Below are positions 22,964 to 36,597 of a stretch of DNA of 64,000 nucleotides, in pieces. Numbering within the stretch: the stretch's first letter is position 1; each line of letters begins with the position of its first letter. The stretch is from Patellaria atrata CBS 101060 (Eukaryota). The notes beneath the pieces were generated by a model. The model worked only from the letters and a program-made list of their open reading frames with translations, ran no database searches and was not told the DNA's origin. The translations under genes were made by a program, and so were the position numbers. Where the stretch lies: NCBI GenBank assembly GCA_010093705.1, contig MU006089.1, positions 2,715,561-2,779,560 on the forward strand, written 5' to 3'.

Positions 22964-25853
22964 TTACACCGTGCTGTACACCGGCGCTTTGACAAGTACA
23001 CTCTTCCCTCGGATCTGTATCGCGAGACCCGCCGCCATGCGAACACGTGGAGGTTGTTGGTCCTCCTTAGGTCCGTTAGAGCTTCCTGGGGGTTGCTGAC
23101 CCTGCGTGAGTGAGACTTGCGATCCTCCAGCACCAGCAGCTTGTTTCTGTTGCGTAGACGGAGGCCCAGTTTTCTTACTACCCATAAAGTTCCCAAACAT
23201 GCCACGACGACTTTTATCTTGGTCCTTTGAATTCGCAACATTTCCACCTGCGCTCACAGGAGTCTCACCACCTTCACGTTCCGAAGGCGATTCTTTTAGA
23301 TCGCTAGCAGTACTGACTAGGGAAGCTCTATCCGCATCGTCATGAGGGTTGGTTAATGGAGGAACCCCTGATTCTATGCTCATGACGTCCGGTAAAATAG
23401 GATGCCCTGGGGGAAAATACTCTATCAGCACATCTCTGCTTTCAAGAGGAAGGTTCACAGCAAGTTTGACCGCCAGCTCCACGATCATGGGTACTCCGGC
23501 ATCCAATTCGCGTGGCGGTGGTACTTGCAAATGCATCTGGAGAGAAGCCGTTAATTTCTCAATTAGAATTTCCACGAGTCGTTCACGATTAGCTGCAGCC
23601 TGTGGCGATCTTAGGCTTTCTTGCAAGCCTTCCAAGGTTGAAAGACGCCAACTGATAATCTTCGATGCAAGCGATTCCTCCTCTTCGCCAGATTGAAAAG
23701 GTGGCGCAAATTTTCGGATGTTTTGCTGGATTAACTTCAACTGCGTAGAAAGACCAACTTCAAGATCGGGATGGAAGTATTTGTCGAAAAGTTCGTCCAC
23801 AAGCCAAGAAGCGATATAAGAGCGACCAACGCAGGTCATTTCCTGTTTACCAACAGTAGTGGCATCTTTATTGACAGCTGGTTGAAGTAAAATTGGAATC
23901 GTTTTCCAATCCTTCCGGATCCCGAATGACAGATTTTGAATTAATCCATGCAGACGTAAAAATCTTTGAGCATATTCACTATCATCGAGTGAAGTACGCG
24001 ATGCCGCCAGACGAGAGTGAGCTATCGTGTTTTGCAAAGCATGTACTTGGCTCTCTTTTTCAAAGTAGTACTTCTTTACCTTTTGGTATTTCTCACCTAA
24101 GGTGCACGAATCAATAAATGAAATGGTTTCGAAATCCCAAGAAAAGAAATAAAAAAAAAATTACTTACGAAGTTCCTTGTAATCTTTTTGCATCTGCGTA
24201 TAAGCATTAGCATCTTCTTCAGTCATATCGCTAATGGAACGTGCGGGTGGAGGTGTCGCACGACCGGTATCCCCTTCCTGTTGGATTGATTGCTGATCCT
24301 GTCCTTGTTGACCCCGGTAAGGCTGACCTTGAGCTCCAGGAGGGACAACATTGGAATTGAATGTGGTTAATCCTGGAGTCTGCGATCCTTGGCCTTGCTG
24401 CATACCGGGAGGCACCTGCTGTTGACTTTGCCGCTGCTGCTGGCTTGGGGGCATGCTGGCCGTTTTGCCGTCGCCAAGTCTGCGTTGCGCTGCGGGCATA
24501 GAATTTCCCAATTGCTGTTGCGCACCTTGATTCGGATCGTTGTGTGGTTGAGATTGTCCTTGGGGATCGTACGCTTGGTAGCTCTCGGTCTGTGGTGAGG
24601 GAGGCACGAATTGCTGCTGCGAGGGAGGTCGGTTAATCTGCAAGTGTTGTTGATCCTGCAGGATCTGTTGTTGAACTGGTAGTCGGGTAGCTTGAGGATG
24701 TTGAAGCTCCGGATATTGCTGCTGAGCAGAAGGTGGCCGCGCTGACTGCGGGTGTTGAGAGTCCTTTTGCTGCTGGGACGGAGGACGGCCCTGCTGGATA
24801 TATTGATTCAGATCTTGCTGCTGTTGGTGCTGTTGTTGATAGGAATAATCAGTACGGTTATTAGCGTCACCCGGGTGTTGTGACTGTGGAAGGGTGGCAG
24901 TATTTGGGCTGACAGGTTGACCTTGAGGGATAAAAGCTTGGTAGTTGGCGTTTGATGGTGTCTGCAGCTGCTGTTGATGATATGCTATGTATTGGGGTGG
25001 TTGCTGGCCAATATGCTCTGGACTGTAATGGTCTGTAGTTGTTTGAGTATGGTGACTATGGTCTGTGTCCACCCTTGCTATAGTCGGTCGTTGGAATTGA
25101 CTTGGATGCGACTCTTGCTGGTAAGCTTGATGAGGAAAGTCCTTAGCAGGAACCACTGGGGGTTGTTGAGAGTTAGGGGAGTGGTCCTCTGGCCGTTGTA
25201 GGAACGGATCGACGTCTTCGTCCGCTTCGTTAGATGTTGTTAATGGCTGGGCAGAGCTTCGTCTTGCAGGCCACTGCTGTTGAGATTGCGGCTGATCCTG
25301 GTTGGGATATCTAGCGCCGTCTGTGACTTTCTTTCGTAGGGATACCGTACGTGCCAGTCCACTTGCGTTTGCGCTGCCTGTTCCCAGATTGCTAGAGCTC
25401 TCACGAGTCGAATGTGAATGGTGTCCTAGACCCAATCGACTTCTTATAGACCTCTTCTCATGTGTATGTTCCTGACCCTGCGGATTATAGGAGTATCGTT
25501 GGTCTGGAGGTCTTTCACTTGAGGGTGAGGTGATTTCAGCCGCGTTTACAGACGCTGCAACATTGATTGGGGGCCGGTCTAACGAAAGGTTCGTAGAATG
25601 TCTATGGCTTGTGGAACGTCCTATGGGACCTTGTGATTGATTCGAATACCTCTGCTGTTGTTCTTCAGCTTGTCTGTAACGCTGCTGTTGAAGTGCAGCC
25701 TCATGAGCTAAGTGGGTGTCAGCGAGGGGGTGGGACCGAGACGAAGGAGCTTCTTTCTATAACACAAGACGTACCCAACGCAGCGTTCTGATCAGTAGAA
25801 CTTCCCAATGAAGCCTGCGACCTATTGGACTTGGACCAGGGCAAAGATGGCAT
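22964..25853 (-). CDS. Conserved-type fungal hypothetical protein with a Gln-rich low-complexity N-half and helical C-terminal domain
   Basis: ATG at 25853 (MPSLPWSKS), intron ~25773-25708, long Q-rich exon, intron ~24167-24097, then EKYQKVKKYYFEK...LVKAPVYSTV*. Confidence 0.8.
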
Positions 25854-28608
25854 CTCAGAGCAACAGGAAAGCCAGCAAAGGCTTCTTGAACTAGAGGAGA
25901 GGTTTCTGGTCTTGGTGGGGCTGAGAAACGATAAGTTCTAGGTATGGCGATCAAGCGGTCAATCAGGATTCTTGATTCTTTTCGGAACTGATGGTGCTCC
26001 TGGTTCTAGTTCTAAAAACAATTTCTAAATGAGATGGGCGCGTACATACGAACGAGGATATCAGAGATTGAAGCACAAAAATAATGCACGAAGGATGGGT
26101 TGAGGTTCAGTCAAGGAGGCGTAGGTAGAGCCCTACTTTGCAGTTTGCACTGCTTCTCCCCCAGGTTGCCGGCTCACGCTGATCTAGTTTTCAAAAGCTT
26201 CGATAATAATTTGCTCCTAACGCAGCCGCACGCATGTCAGCGGAGGTTCTCTTCCTAGTAGACGTCCGTCTACAGTACTACCTTACTAGCAAGCAGAATG
26301 GGGTGCAATAATGGGTGCAATGGGGGAGGGGAAGCTATAGGCGTGAAACCCCAGCAGGCCGTAACGAATTTCATGGTTGGTTAACAACGTGCTAATCTTT
26401 TTGCTGCAGGTAACTGTATGTACATTACAGCCGATGGTATATTAATAGGCGTGGCAGTGCTCTTAAAAGGCGACAGTAAAACCCACACACTTTCTACCAA
26501 AGTAGATAGGCTTCCACCGCTTCTCATCAGTTCTTTAACCCAGCCCTGTCGCAATGAGCCATTTCGGCTACTCGCGTCGCATCCTACATGGATAGAGACA
26601 AACCATCATATCTCAAACGGCAGAGAGTCGGGAGGTTGAAGAGATCTTCCCCTGACCGGGTATTACAGTACACCCTGAGGGATGGGATGAATACTGTACT
26701 GTACCATGTCGGCGTACCGACCTCCGATGATGCCCATGGTCTTGTAACAAGCAAAGTTTACAATAAAAATCTGGGGTTCATTTTATGAAATTTGAAGTTT
26801 ACAAGCCTGAGTTATACTATTTTTGGTCAAGTATCAGGCCCGTACTGTACCAAGCACGGTGGCACTAGCTTCCGCAGCTTCACAGTCTGAAATTCTACCT
26901 TACTGCTTCATGTTTCTGATCTCAAGCAAATGTGTTCAAGTTGATAGTCTAACACATGGCAAGTGGCATTTTGCAATCTTAACGCATGCAGATGGGTTGT
27001 ACTGTATGTACCGTACAATACAGTACGTTTGTACCTACCTATGCTCAATGCTCGGCTATAAGTCCACATTCAGCTCGCCGTGGAATTTCCTTTGAGCAGC
27101 TTGACATCAGTTACGCAACTCCATTACGGACCATATCAGACGAGGTAGAAAATGAGAGATCTTTCAGAGCATTCTAGTATGCTGCATACACAACACTTTG
27201 CCACCACATTCTTAAAACATCCCCTGGCCCAGTAGAACGAGGAATATACTACCGAATCAAGTGCGATGCGGGAGATGATATCTCAAACACTCATCCCACA
27301 TGTATAGGCCTTAGAAGTCATGCATATAGCTCTAAGAATTTAATCAATGATTGTAATTTTTCTTATCATAGGTTGCTGAGATATTTGCTAAGCAGGTATT
27401 CAGAGCTCTTACGGAAGTAGTCCACCGCGAACGCCACCGATCTCCCTCAGCTTTTCCGAAAGTCCTTTGTCTAGATATCGCGGCTCAAACCTCGTATGAT
27501 ATCTTCTCTCGAGGAAGCCTTGTCAAAAGTTTGGACGTTAACGAATTCTTCATCATGTCCTAATCACTGTATTGCAGTGATATGAGTCTTTCCCTCGTTG
27601 GATCAATTGAGTTTCCGTACTACGCAGTCGTACATAAACGGTAGACCTAGCCAATATATCAATCAATATTGGCCCAGGCTATGAGATTGCTGATACATCG
27701 GCGCGTATTGACACGTCATCAGGTGACAGCCAAAAAGGTAACGACAAGACGGAAATGGCTCTTGGCCGCTAACGATATTGATAGTGTGACACATCGTGTG
27801 TTGTCTTTACTGAAATGCAGATGGTTGCCTCTGTGAATGTGGTATATGTCTAGTCAACCACAAGGCGGCTATCTAGCATTTGATTCAAGTGGCAGGGTTT
27901 AAACACCTCTTTTTACAAGTCCTTATTGTTATCACCTACGAAAGACGCATGGGAACTAGCTTTCACACTGCTAAATTCGTGCTATGCGTACCATCCGGGT
28001 GTTATTGGGAGTTTGGCTGCATTTCTTCAGTCAACCGAACACCTGTTCTACCTTAGATATGAGACCTTGGCGAGGTACATTCACATGTCACTCATGGAGG
28101 TAGTGAGAAGGCTATGTCTCTTGTTCCGGAACGAATCCGCATTGCTCTCGTGCAGAGTATGATGGGTTTAATGGCAGATGCATTCTGGATACGGTATGTA
28201 AATGGTATATGCATAGCCCGTTTCGGACGAAATTCCTTGAACAATTCAACATACAGCAGATTCATGCGTCATCTGCTTTGAATTGCCGTTGTGCTATTCC
28301 TCTGAAGGTGTGTCGGGTGGTGAGTATTGAGGCTTCGACGTTCAAGGTGGCTATGCGTTACAAACTCCAAAGTACTAGAACCATCTTATGATGGTCCGTG
28401 CAGACATGACTCCTACCCAGCTTCGGTTACGATTTCGCATCTGTGACTCAAATGGATCATATGACTGATATCTGGCGTAGAATTTCTCACAACGGTTGCA
28501 CATATAAGTACTCTTCTCTTCAACCATAATGTAGGTCTCTTTTTCACTCCAAGCCTCGCAGACCTTCTGCGTTGGGCGTTATCTCACACCCTCAGCATCC
28601 CCTGAGCA

Positions 28609-28992
28609 ATGGGACAGCGCCATAACCGAAAACGAACCAGAAGTCGTCCTAGAAATCGCAATACTCGTTCTCGTACAGTCATCCACCCGTACGATTCTTA
28701 TTCTATACCAATTTCCCAAAAATCTCCTATATTTCCTTCGCATTTTTCACTCTACTCTTCGAACCGCCCAGTCAATCTCGGTTACGTGCAGCCCTCACCA
28801 TGGCAGGGAAACGGATTTTACCATCAGCACAATTCCCAGACAAAGGCTCGGGTTCGTCAAGGTGAAGAGGATGAAGAACAAACTCGCCTTCGGATCTTTG
28901 GGGGCGAAGCCGGCGATGAAGTAAGCCTCTGCGCACCGATGCTCCGCGTCGTGCTGTCTCTCTTTAACGACATCGACTACATTGACCCCTGA
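28609..28992 (+). CDS. Small hypothetical protein with an Arg-rich N-terminus
   Basis: 127-aa ATG ORF (MGQRHNRKRTRSRPR...), preceded by TATAAG at ~28503. Confidence 0.55.
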   Translation: MGQRHNRKRTRSRPRNRNTRSRTVIHPYDSYSIPISQKSPIFPSHFSLYSSNRPVNLGYVQPSPWQGNGFYHQHNSQTKARVRQGEEDEEQTRLRIFGGEAGDEVSLCAPMLRVVLSLFNDIDYIDP

Positions 28993-31018
28993 CCGTTCCC
29001 GCAATCTGTCTACTCCACATTAAGAACCATTTGGTTAGATGGATCAAGGCTTGTTTTTTAACACTCTCCCCTCCAAATGAAGAGATGAGCACAAATTTGT
29101 ACAAGTAGCAAGTAATCGAAGCCATGCTCATGATTACCTTGCTCTACAGACTCACTCAATTTCTTCGACAATGAGAAGACGATCCCGAATTAGACCTTCG
29201 CGATATGGCGTTTAGAGTGACGCGTTCACATTTCATACCGATGTGTCCTTCCGCTTTACGCAATCGATCCAATCTTCAAAATTTCGATTGCGTATGCCTT
29301 ATCAGTCAATTCGATCAACTATCTTTCTACATTCTATCTATTCCACACGGCATTCTCTCGAGCCTTACCCAACCAGAGGCATGGATACCACCAACTTGGG
29401 CTCGTAACAGATCGTTTTGTCAACCCAGTCATCGGCCGGTGGCTGCAGTCGGGGAAACGATTGGTCCTCAACAGTTGGCCATAGGACTCTGGGCTCTGCA
29501 TGGCGGAGGAACCAAAAGGGTAAAATTCGGTGCAGTTTCGAACGGCTTGATGCACACGACTTTCCCGAGGGTCGTTTGAGCGTCGCCGTTTGATTGATGA
29601 AGGAAGGAAAAGTCGTGGGAGATGGATGAAGCTCGGGAGATGTTAGGATCATTTTGTTTTTTTATTATCTGTTTTGCTTTGATATGCATTGATATGCGTC
29701 GAGCCTCGCTCCGCCTTAGCTTTAGTTGTTAGCGTTATAATGAATCTCTATTTCAGCTGAATAACAGGCTCATCTACCTTTGTGCATGCGACTACGTGAT
29801 GTTGAGAATGTGCAATTGCCTCCGACTCAAGTGAGTCTGTGGCACTGTATTAGAAAAGCGGGAGTTGAGGCGTATTTACAACAGTAGAACAAAGTGTATG
29901 AGCTTCATTGCATCATTATGCTTCCCCTCTAACCAAACTCCTTGCCATATCATCAACATATACCCCTTTCCACCAACGGTTTGCTTCGCAGATTATATCC
30001 CAAAAGGGCCTCTTCGGATACTGTAAACCGTCAGTCGAGGGTAAGTTACACGTAGGCCAGTAGAACTTGACATACACTAAATGTGACTGAAAGAAATCAC
30101 TCAACACCCCTTCTTTTCCCAGACGTGAAATTGTAATCATCGTCCAAATCCCGACGGGACTCCATGACCCAACCTGTGCAGAGATTGTGACGGATTGAGT
30201 GAAGCATGTTACGAATTTTGCTTGAGAAAGACATGATGTCGAATTGATACTGAGCTCTGATTGGTTGTAATAGTGCTGAGGAGGAGATCCTTTTGACTGA
30301 GAGTTGGGGCCTTCGAATAGGGATGCTGAGGAGTTGTGTTTGGATATCTATAGGAACTGAGACGTTCGTATCTTATATTCTGTAATGTCAGTATTGCAGA
30401 GGAATAAATTCCACGTTTATATCGAGAATTCTTTCATTCTGGTTGAATGCTTCGGTGAGGACTCGGACGTAATGTTGACTTGCAACTCTTCAAGCGTAGC
30501 GTCAGGGGTTAGACTGAGGAGTCCTACCTTACCTTACTGTGTACGGTAATTCTACTGGAACGTTCATCTGAGTCTGGTACGCTGCTCATATGCCATCATT
30601 GCAATACCGCTTTTCTGTTATGTATAGTGTTTGAGCTCTTTCCATCCAATATCATTCCTCCCGAAATGGTCATGAGGGTGATGTTCCTAAACAACCTAGG
30701 CGCCCAGGCAAGCTCTCCTGTGACAGGAAGTTCCCACTTCCCATCTGGTCATCTGCATACGTGATTGCTTGGAGACGTCCTGGGCTTCTATCGCAATATC
30801 CGTACCTCTCAGTACCGATAAAGTATGAAATCCATCTTTCTCCAACACTTCACTGTGAAGAAAAAATGATGTGACGGAACAATCTCCAGTTCACGTCATC
30901 TCAACCCCACCGCTGCCACCTGTACCCGACGCCAGCACGGATATCCCGCAGCGGAACAATCCCGCACATCTAACAACCATCCATCTCCACCAGTAGTCTT
31001 ACCTGTGGAACCCGAATC

Positions 31019-32734
31019 ATGGCCTCTCGACTTGAAGCAGAGCTCCATCTTGTTTCCCCAGAGATCCCATTCCGCGCATCGTCGAACTATGCTCATCACA
31101 CATGGGCGCGCACCTTCCACTCCTACCCTGAGCTCTACCTCCGTCCGCAGACCCTACTCGAGATTCAGAAGATAGTGACCCTAGCCAAACGATGTAGACG
31201 TCGCATCGTAGTCGTTGGATCCGGGCATTCACCGAGTGACCTGACCTGTACCTCATCATGGCTGGTAAACCTGGACGATTTCGCCGAAGTACTCGGCGCG
31301 GAGCCGGAGAAGAAGAGGATTACGGTTCAAGGCGGGATCAGACTCCGTGATCTGAACCTCGCGGCCAAAGAGTATGGGCTTACAATGAGAAATTTGGGCA
31401 GTATTGATGAGCAGAGCATTGTTGGAGCGATATCTACGGCTACGCATGGAAGTTCGTTAGAGCACGGATTGATGTCCCAGTCGGTTAAGAGCTTGCGGAT
31501 TGTACTCGCGAATGGTCAGGTCGTGTCCTGTTCGGAGTCGCAGAATACAGATCTATTCCGCGCGGCGCTGGTGAGTCTTGGTGCCTTGGGCATTATCGTC
31601 GAGGTCGAGTTTGAGTTGATTACACACACGAACATCGAATGGACACAGACACTATTCCCTCTGGATGATGTTTTGACAGACTGGGAAAGTACTCTTTGGA
31701 GATCTGCTGAATTTACTCGTGTTTGGTGGCTTCCATACATGAAGCGTGCGATTGTTTGGCGAGCAGTCAGGACTGACAAGCCACCACGTCCACCAATGTC
31801 CAACTGGTACGGTGGAAGCATCGGCTATCATACGTATCACATTCTCCTTTGGATGTCAAATTATGTACCTCGCATCCTTCCAGCCATTGAGTGGTTTGTG
31901 TTCGGAATGCAATATGGTTTCAAAGATTATACTTCCACAACTGGAGTTGAAGAAATGAGGACGGGACTACTCATGAATTGTCTCTACTCGCAATTCGTGA
32001 ATGAATGGGCTCTCCCACTCCACAAAGGACCAGAAACCATCACCCGATTATCCGCATGGCTAAACGGCGAGCCCGAGTCCAAACATCGAATTCCCTTTAG
32101 CGCCCGTGGACTATACGTCCATTGTCCCGTCGAAGTCCGCGTCTCCGACACCACCACAGCCCCCACCCGAGCATTCCTCGACAACACAGTAGAAGATGGA
32201 CCAACCCTGTATCTCAACGCGACTTTATACCGTCCCTACCTTCAAGACCCCCCCTGCAGAGAGCGCTACTACGAAGCATTCGAATGGCTCATGAAAGAGA
32301 TGGGTGCAAAACCCCATTGGGCCAAGAACTTCTCAACCGTGACGCAACCCGAGATCCACGCCATGTTCGGCACCAATCTGACCTCCTACCTTCGAGTCCG
32401 CAACGAAGTCGATCCCGACGGCCAGTTCGTCGGTCCTTGGCATCGGCGGTACATACTGCCCGCGGATTCGCTCGGTGGCCTTCCTATAGAGGAGAGGGAG
32501 GTCAATAGACGGCCGGCCAAGTCTGGCGGTGTGGTGTGGTATGGTGAACAGGCACCGAGGAAGCTGTCTCCCACCTCCAGCGGGAGCGAATTGAGCTTCG
32601 ATCTCATGGCTGGCGCGGAGGCTGAGAGTACGCTGCTGAATGAGAGCGATTATGAGTACTCACATGTCGAGCACTTGACTCATGGGAGTCATAATCTCAC
32701 TTACACCGGAACGGAGGTTTTCAATAAGATGTAG
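31019..32734 (+). CDS. ALO1: D-arabinono-1,4-lactone oxidase
   Basis: HTWARTF, VGSGHSPSDL (FAD-linked His), LGSIDEQSIVGAISTATHGSS, PVEVRVSD, KPHWAKNF. Confidence 0.93.
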   Translation: MASRLEAELHLVSPEIPFRASSNYAHHTWARTFHSYPELYLRPQTLLEIQKIVTLAKRCRRRIVVVGSGHSPSDLTCTSSWLVNLDDFAEVLGAEPEKKRITVQGGIRLRDLNLAAKEYGLTMRNLGSIDEQSIVGAISTATHGSSLEHGLMSQSVKSLRIVLANGQVVSCSESQNTDLFRAALVSLGALGIIVEVEFELITHTNIEWTQTLFPLDDVLTDWESTLWRSAEFTRVWWLPYMKRAIVWRAVRTDKPPRPPMSNWYGGSIGYHTYHILLWMSNYVPRILPAIEWFVFGMQYGFKDYTSTTGVEEMRTGLLMNCLYSQFVNEWALPLHKGPETITRLSAWLNGEPESKHRIPFSARGLYVHCPVEVRVSDTTTAPTRAFLDNTVEDGPTLYLNATLYRPYLQDPPCRERYYEAFEWLMKEMGAKPHWAKNFSTVTQPEIHAMFGTNLTSYLRVRNEVDPDGQFVGPWHRRYILPADSLGGLPIEEREVNRRPAKSGGVVWYGEQAPRKLSPTSSGSELSFDLMAGAEAESTLLNESDYEYSHVEHLTHGSHNLTYTGTEVFNKM

Positions 32735-33438
32735 AGAGGTATGTGAGCCTGAGCAGTCAAACTTTCAGACGCTTTTGGGTTACTATCTCGAAGAAGGACG
32801 GTAAGGGTTCGTCTGGATGGTAGATAGAAACCAATATGAAATGTTTTTCAGACGCTGCTCCCTCAACTGTTGAGTTCTAAACGCCTTTCTTGAGATTTCG
32901 TCCGTTCAGTAGTATTTTCCATGACAACTGTACAACTTGTTCGAAACTTGATTTCAACCATACGAGAGCTATCTATATCAATCCATTTCATGTAAGGGAA
33001 CGTATTCGTAGAGTATACGCGTCTACGCAATCTACGTTCTTCGTACTGACGTCTTACCTTATGGGGTACAGACCGGGGTCATTCTATCTACCCATCTCTC
33101 GAGTCTCGTAGGTCTCATTTATTCCTTCCGTACACAACACTCTCTAGGCGCATTCTGCTCCTTCAGTAAGGTACAGGTGCTGCCTGAGCGAGCACTCGTC
33201 TCCATTGGTCTGAATACCGCGGTAGCTGCTCCCCACCTTCCCTTGTTCTGGGATCGTTAATCATCAATCCATCGAGGGGGCTCGCATTTGCGCGGTTAGG
33301 ACGACTCTCATCGGATGTCTAGACGTTCGAAGTGTATGTTTTCCCCATGCTCCGGAGCGCTCCTGCGGCTACAGTCATCTCGTACCGTATAGTATTAGTT
33401 ATTTAGCCTTACTCTACCGTAGACGATGCGCTCAAGCC

Positions 33439-35324
33439 TCATCCACAAACCACACCCTCTCTCGGGATTTCAACCGCGTCCTCTCCAGGATCCTTCTCCC
33501 TGTTGATCTTTTCCTCCATTATCTTCCCTCCCGGTTCCAGCCCCGCATCCCTCGTCTCTGCATCCGCTTTCTCCAACTTCGCCTTTTCCTTCCTACTCAA
33601 AGTTAGGCTCCCCTTCTCCAGCGCCTCTTTCGGCAGAGGACGGATGTACGGCTGACAGATGAAGTACGGTCTCTTACACCGCTCCACCGCTGCAGCGGAA
33701 GACTCTGAAGCATCATCGATCTCAGTCGAGGTTGAAGTTACAAGCTCGGTAGACCCATGACTCTTAACGTCGGTTTCAGCTTTTGCGGTCCCGTCTGCGT
33801 GCTCGCGCTCATATTCCAGAAGCCCCACTTTCACAGCTTCCTCGACCATACTTAACACGTTCTCGAATGCTTCGATATCGCCGCCTTTAGAGCGGGCTAG
33901 TGCATCACGGACGTCTGTGTGTTTGGACACGAGCGAGCGCAGGAGGTGGAAGAGGTGACCTTGCATTGCAGCGAGGTTGGGAGATGTGGTTTTCTGCTGT
34001 TGCTTTTGGCCTTTGCCAGTCTTCTTGTCTTTTGGATTTTGTATGTTTTGTTCGTGGCGCTCTTTGCGCTTTTTGCGGGGTGGGCCTTCTTCCTTAGGTG
34101 TGGGGCCTCCCTGATAGGATTCTGGTATCGATGCGCTTCCATTTACGTGATTCTCGATGATTTCTTCGAGGATTTGGGGTGATTGGGCCTGCAGTTGCTC
34201 TCTTACAAGGTCCGATGGGAGAAACAAGGGCTTTCGCTGCGGAGGGTCCTTATCTAGAACATATTTATATATTATGTCCATATATCTCCTCATAACGGCG
34301 TCCATCCTGTATCCACCTTTACCATCTCTTCCACGCCAGTACTCTCGGCCACATTGCTCTGGCAAAGGTGGAGCTGCGAAAATAGAAGGATCGTAGAGGT
34401 TCCCTTCCGCACTCATGACCCCATCCGCACCTGTCTCTTCCAAGCATCGACCAATGTCTTCGTGCTGGAGTATGTTTCCATTTGCGAATATTACTGTTTC
34501 AGGAGGTAGGTTCTCGCGTAAATATCTTATCACGCTCCAATCCGCCAAACCGGTCGCATGGCCTTTCTGTTCCCGCTGCCGTCCATGCACTGTAAGAATA
34601 CTTGCTCCCGCCGATAATATCTTTTGCGCGTATTCTAATGTCTTTTCCTTTGTCTCTAATATGCGCATTTTTGCGGTAACAGGAATAGTAAGTTCGGTAT
34701 GTAACCGGTTGATTAATCGGTAAATGAGATCCTGATCTTCTTGGAGGAACGCGCCATAATGTCCTCGTTTCGCTATTCCCTGGGGACAACCTAGATTCAA
34801 ATCTACAGCATCACAATATGGCTCAACACGTCGCGCAGCGTTTAGGAGATCATCCGGGTTATTTGAACAGAACTGTACGAACAAGGGCCGGTCAAACGCA
34901 GGATTCCCATCCAGATATCTTTCCACGGTTTCACTCTTTAATTGTTCATTTGTATCTGAACCTGTTGGGGGAGGGTTCCGGTTTGCCTGGAAGTGTGATT
35001 CTCGATACTTGGTGACATCCGCAAAGAGTTTGGAGTGGAACATCGGTGTATATGCTAAAAAATTCTTGCCCTGCTCAGGGCTCATGAAGGAGCGCGTTAG
35101 TATACGCCATGCCTACGTAGAGAGTTAGTGAGAAACCAGATTGCGCTGGGAAGACCACATACGAACTCAGACTGGTCTACCATTGGCGCAAGCACAAGCT
35201 TTGGACTTCCCAAGCTCTCGTAGAAGGCACGGCCATGGAGTTTGGACGGGCGCTTCATCTGAGGGTCTGGTAAAGAAGTATGGCCATTTTGCAAGTGATC
35301 TGTAATGACAGCTTCTGAGTTCAT
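33439..35324 (-). CDS. DUS1: tRNA-dihydrouridine(16/17) synthase
   Basis: LAPMVDQSEF/AWR across intron ~35162-35114, YTPMFHS, DRPLFVQFC, VDLNLGCPQGIAKRGHYGAFL, TVHGR, ANGNI, GVMSAEG. Confidence 0.93.
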
Positions 35325-36597
35325 GGTTCCTCTTGAAAATGCTCGGAATATTTGGCGAGTTGACGAAGGCCTAGGCAAGAAGCCCGCCCGTAATGTTGAA
35401 GTGAGTTTAAGAATGATGAAGGAGAAATGGAGTTAAGTTCATAAAAGTGTCAGCACAACATTGAATAAGATAAGGTAGAGTTATGGAGCGAATTGTAGCA
35501 AGTGAAGATTCGGGATTCTGAAAATTATAATTTGACTGACTCGTGTTGAGATGACTACATTAAGGTGCTCCTAATCCCTCCCTTAAAACGGCTCTGGAAC
35601 CCTGATACCCCTTAAACGTTCAACTTCGACTTCCCCAGAATCCAAATATGGTAGACCTGGGCCAAAAAACATAGGGAGCCGGCGTCCCCTAACTTTCAAT
35701 ATTTATTGATAGCACTGCTCTCAAGAGTACCACTTAATGGTTTTTCAAGAAAGTCGCCGAATCAACCCTATATCAGCCCCCTTTCACGCTCGCGCCTTAA
35801 TAATGAATGTTAAACACCAATAGGTTCAACGGTAATTGCTGTTTATTCCCGAACTGATTTACTTATATCGAACTTTACTCTTGGTCGACTGATCTCGTGA
35901 GGATGTATTAAGGGTCCCTAGGGGCTAATGGGGAAACAGGCAAATTCGAGACAGATGGTCCGAAGGAAATGATGATGACGAGTAGTTATCCATTTCAATA
36001 AATATCCATTCCTTATCCCAGGCACTTTTGATGATGTCGTAATGCTGCTCTATTTCACCTAGCTCTACTATGGGTGTACCTATTGCTCTGCTGCGGGCTA
36101 TATTTACGGTCAGCGTCGAAGAAAACTAGTATGTTTCCTTTTCAGTCCGTAGTTGCTATACTCGTGATCCAACGGACTTACATTTCTGCTTTCGGTCAAC
36201 CTTACGGAAGGGGTGATAGATTGATAATTAGTTTTGCGTAGATCTTAGTATCGAGACTGACGCGGAGATTGGAAGCACGCTCAGCTCGGTCTATACTTTT
36301 AGAGACTACAGTAATAGTTGAGCAAGCTGTGCGCCGTGCAGAGTAAAGGCAAAACGGTGAGAGTGACGAAGGTAGAGATTTGTAGGGTCGATGCTCACGG
36401 TATCATAGTGAGTTAGAGGAAAAGGAAATTGTTCTGTGGGTTTTACTTTGGGTGCAACTTAAGAGCGCTGGGAGGACATTGACCACTAATCAGCGCCATA
36501 GATCCTAAGATAGTCAACTCTAATAGAAAGTGAAAGGGAGGTATGGAGGGGAGCATAGTCTTAATAGCAGTGCAAAAAAAAAAACTGAAAAAAAAAA

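Noticed and set aside
27600..28400. Short ORFs that could be a degenerate gene
   Set aside because: No identifiable domain.
29205..29689. AAATTCGGTG resembling RNase P RNA CR-I, and TGAGCG/TTGATGA resembling U3 boxes
   Set aside because: The downstream CR-V partner is missing, and U3 box spacing and 5' domain do not fit; overlapping ORFs are unrecognisable.
29916..30600. Possible small spliced gene on the minus strand
   Set aside because: Splice-like signals exist but no coherent, recognisable reading frame can be assembled.
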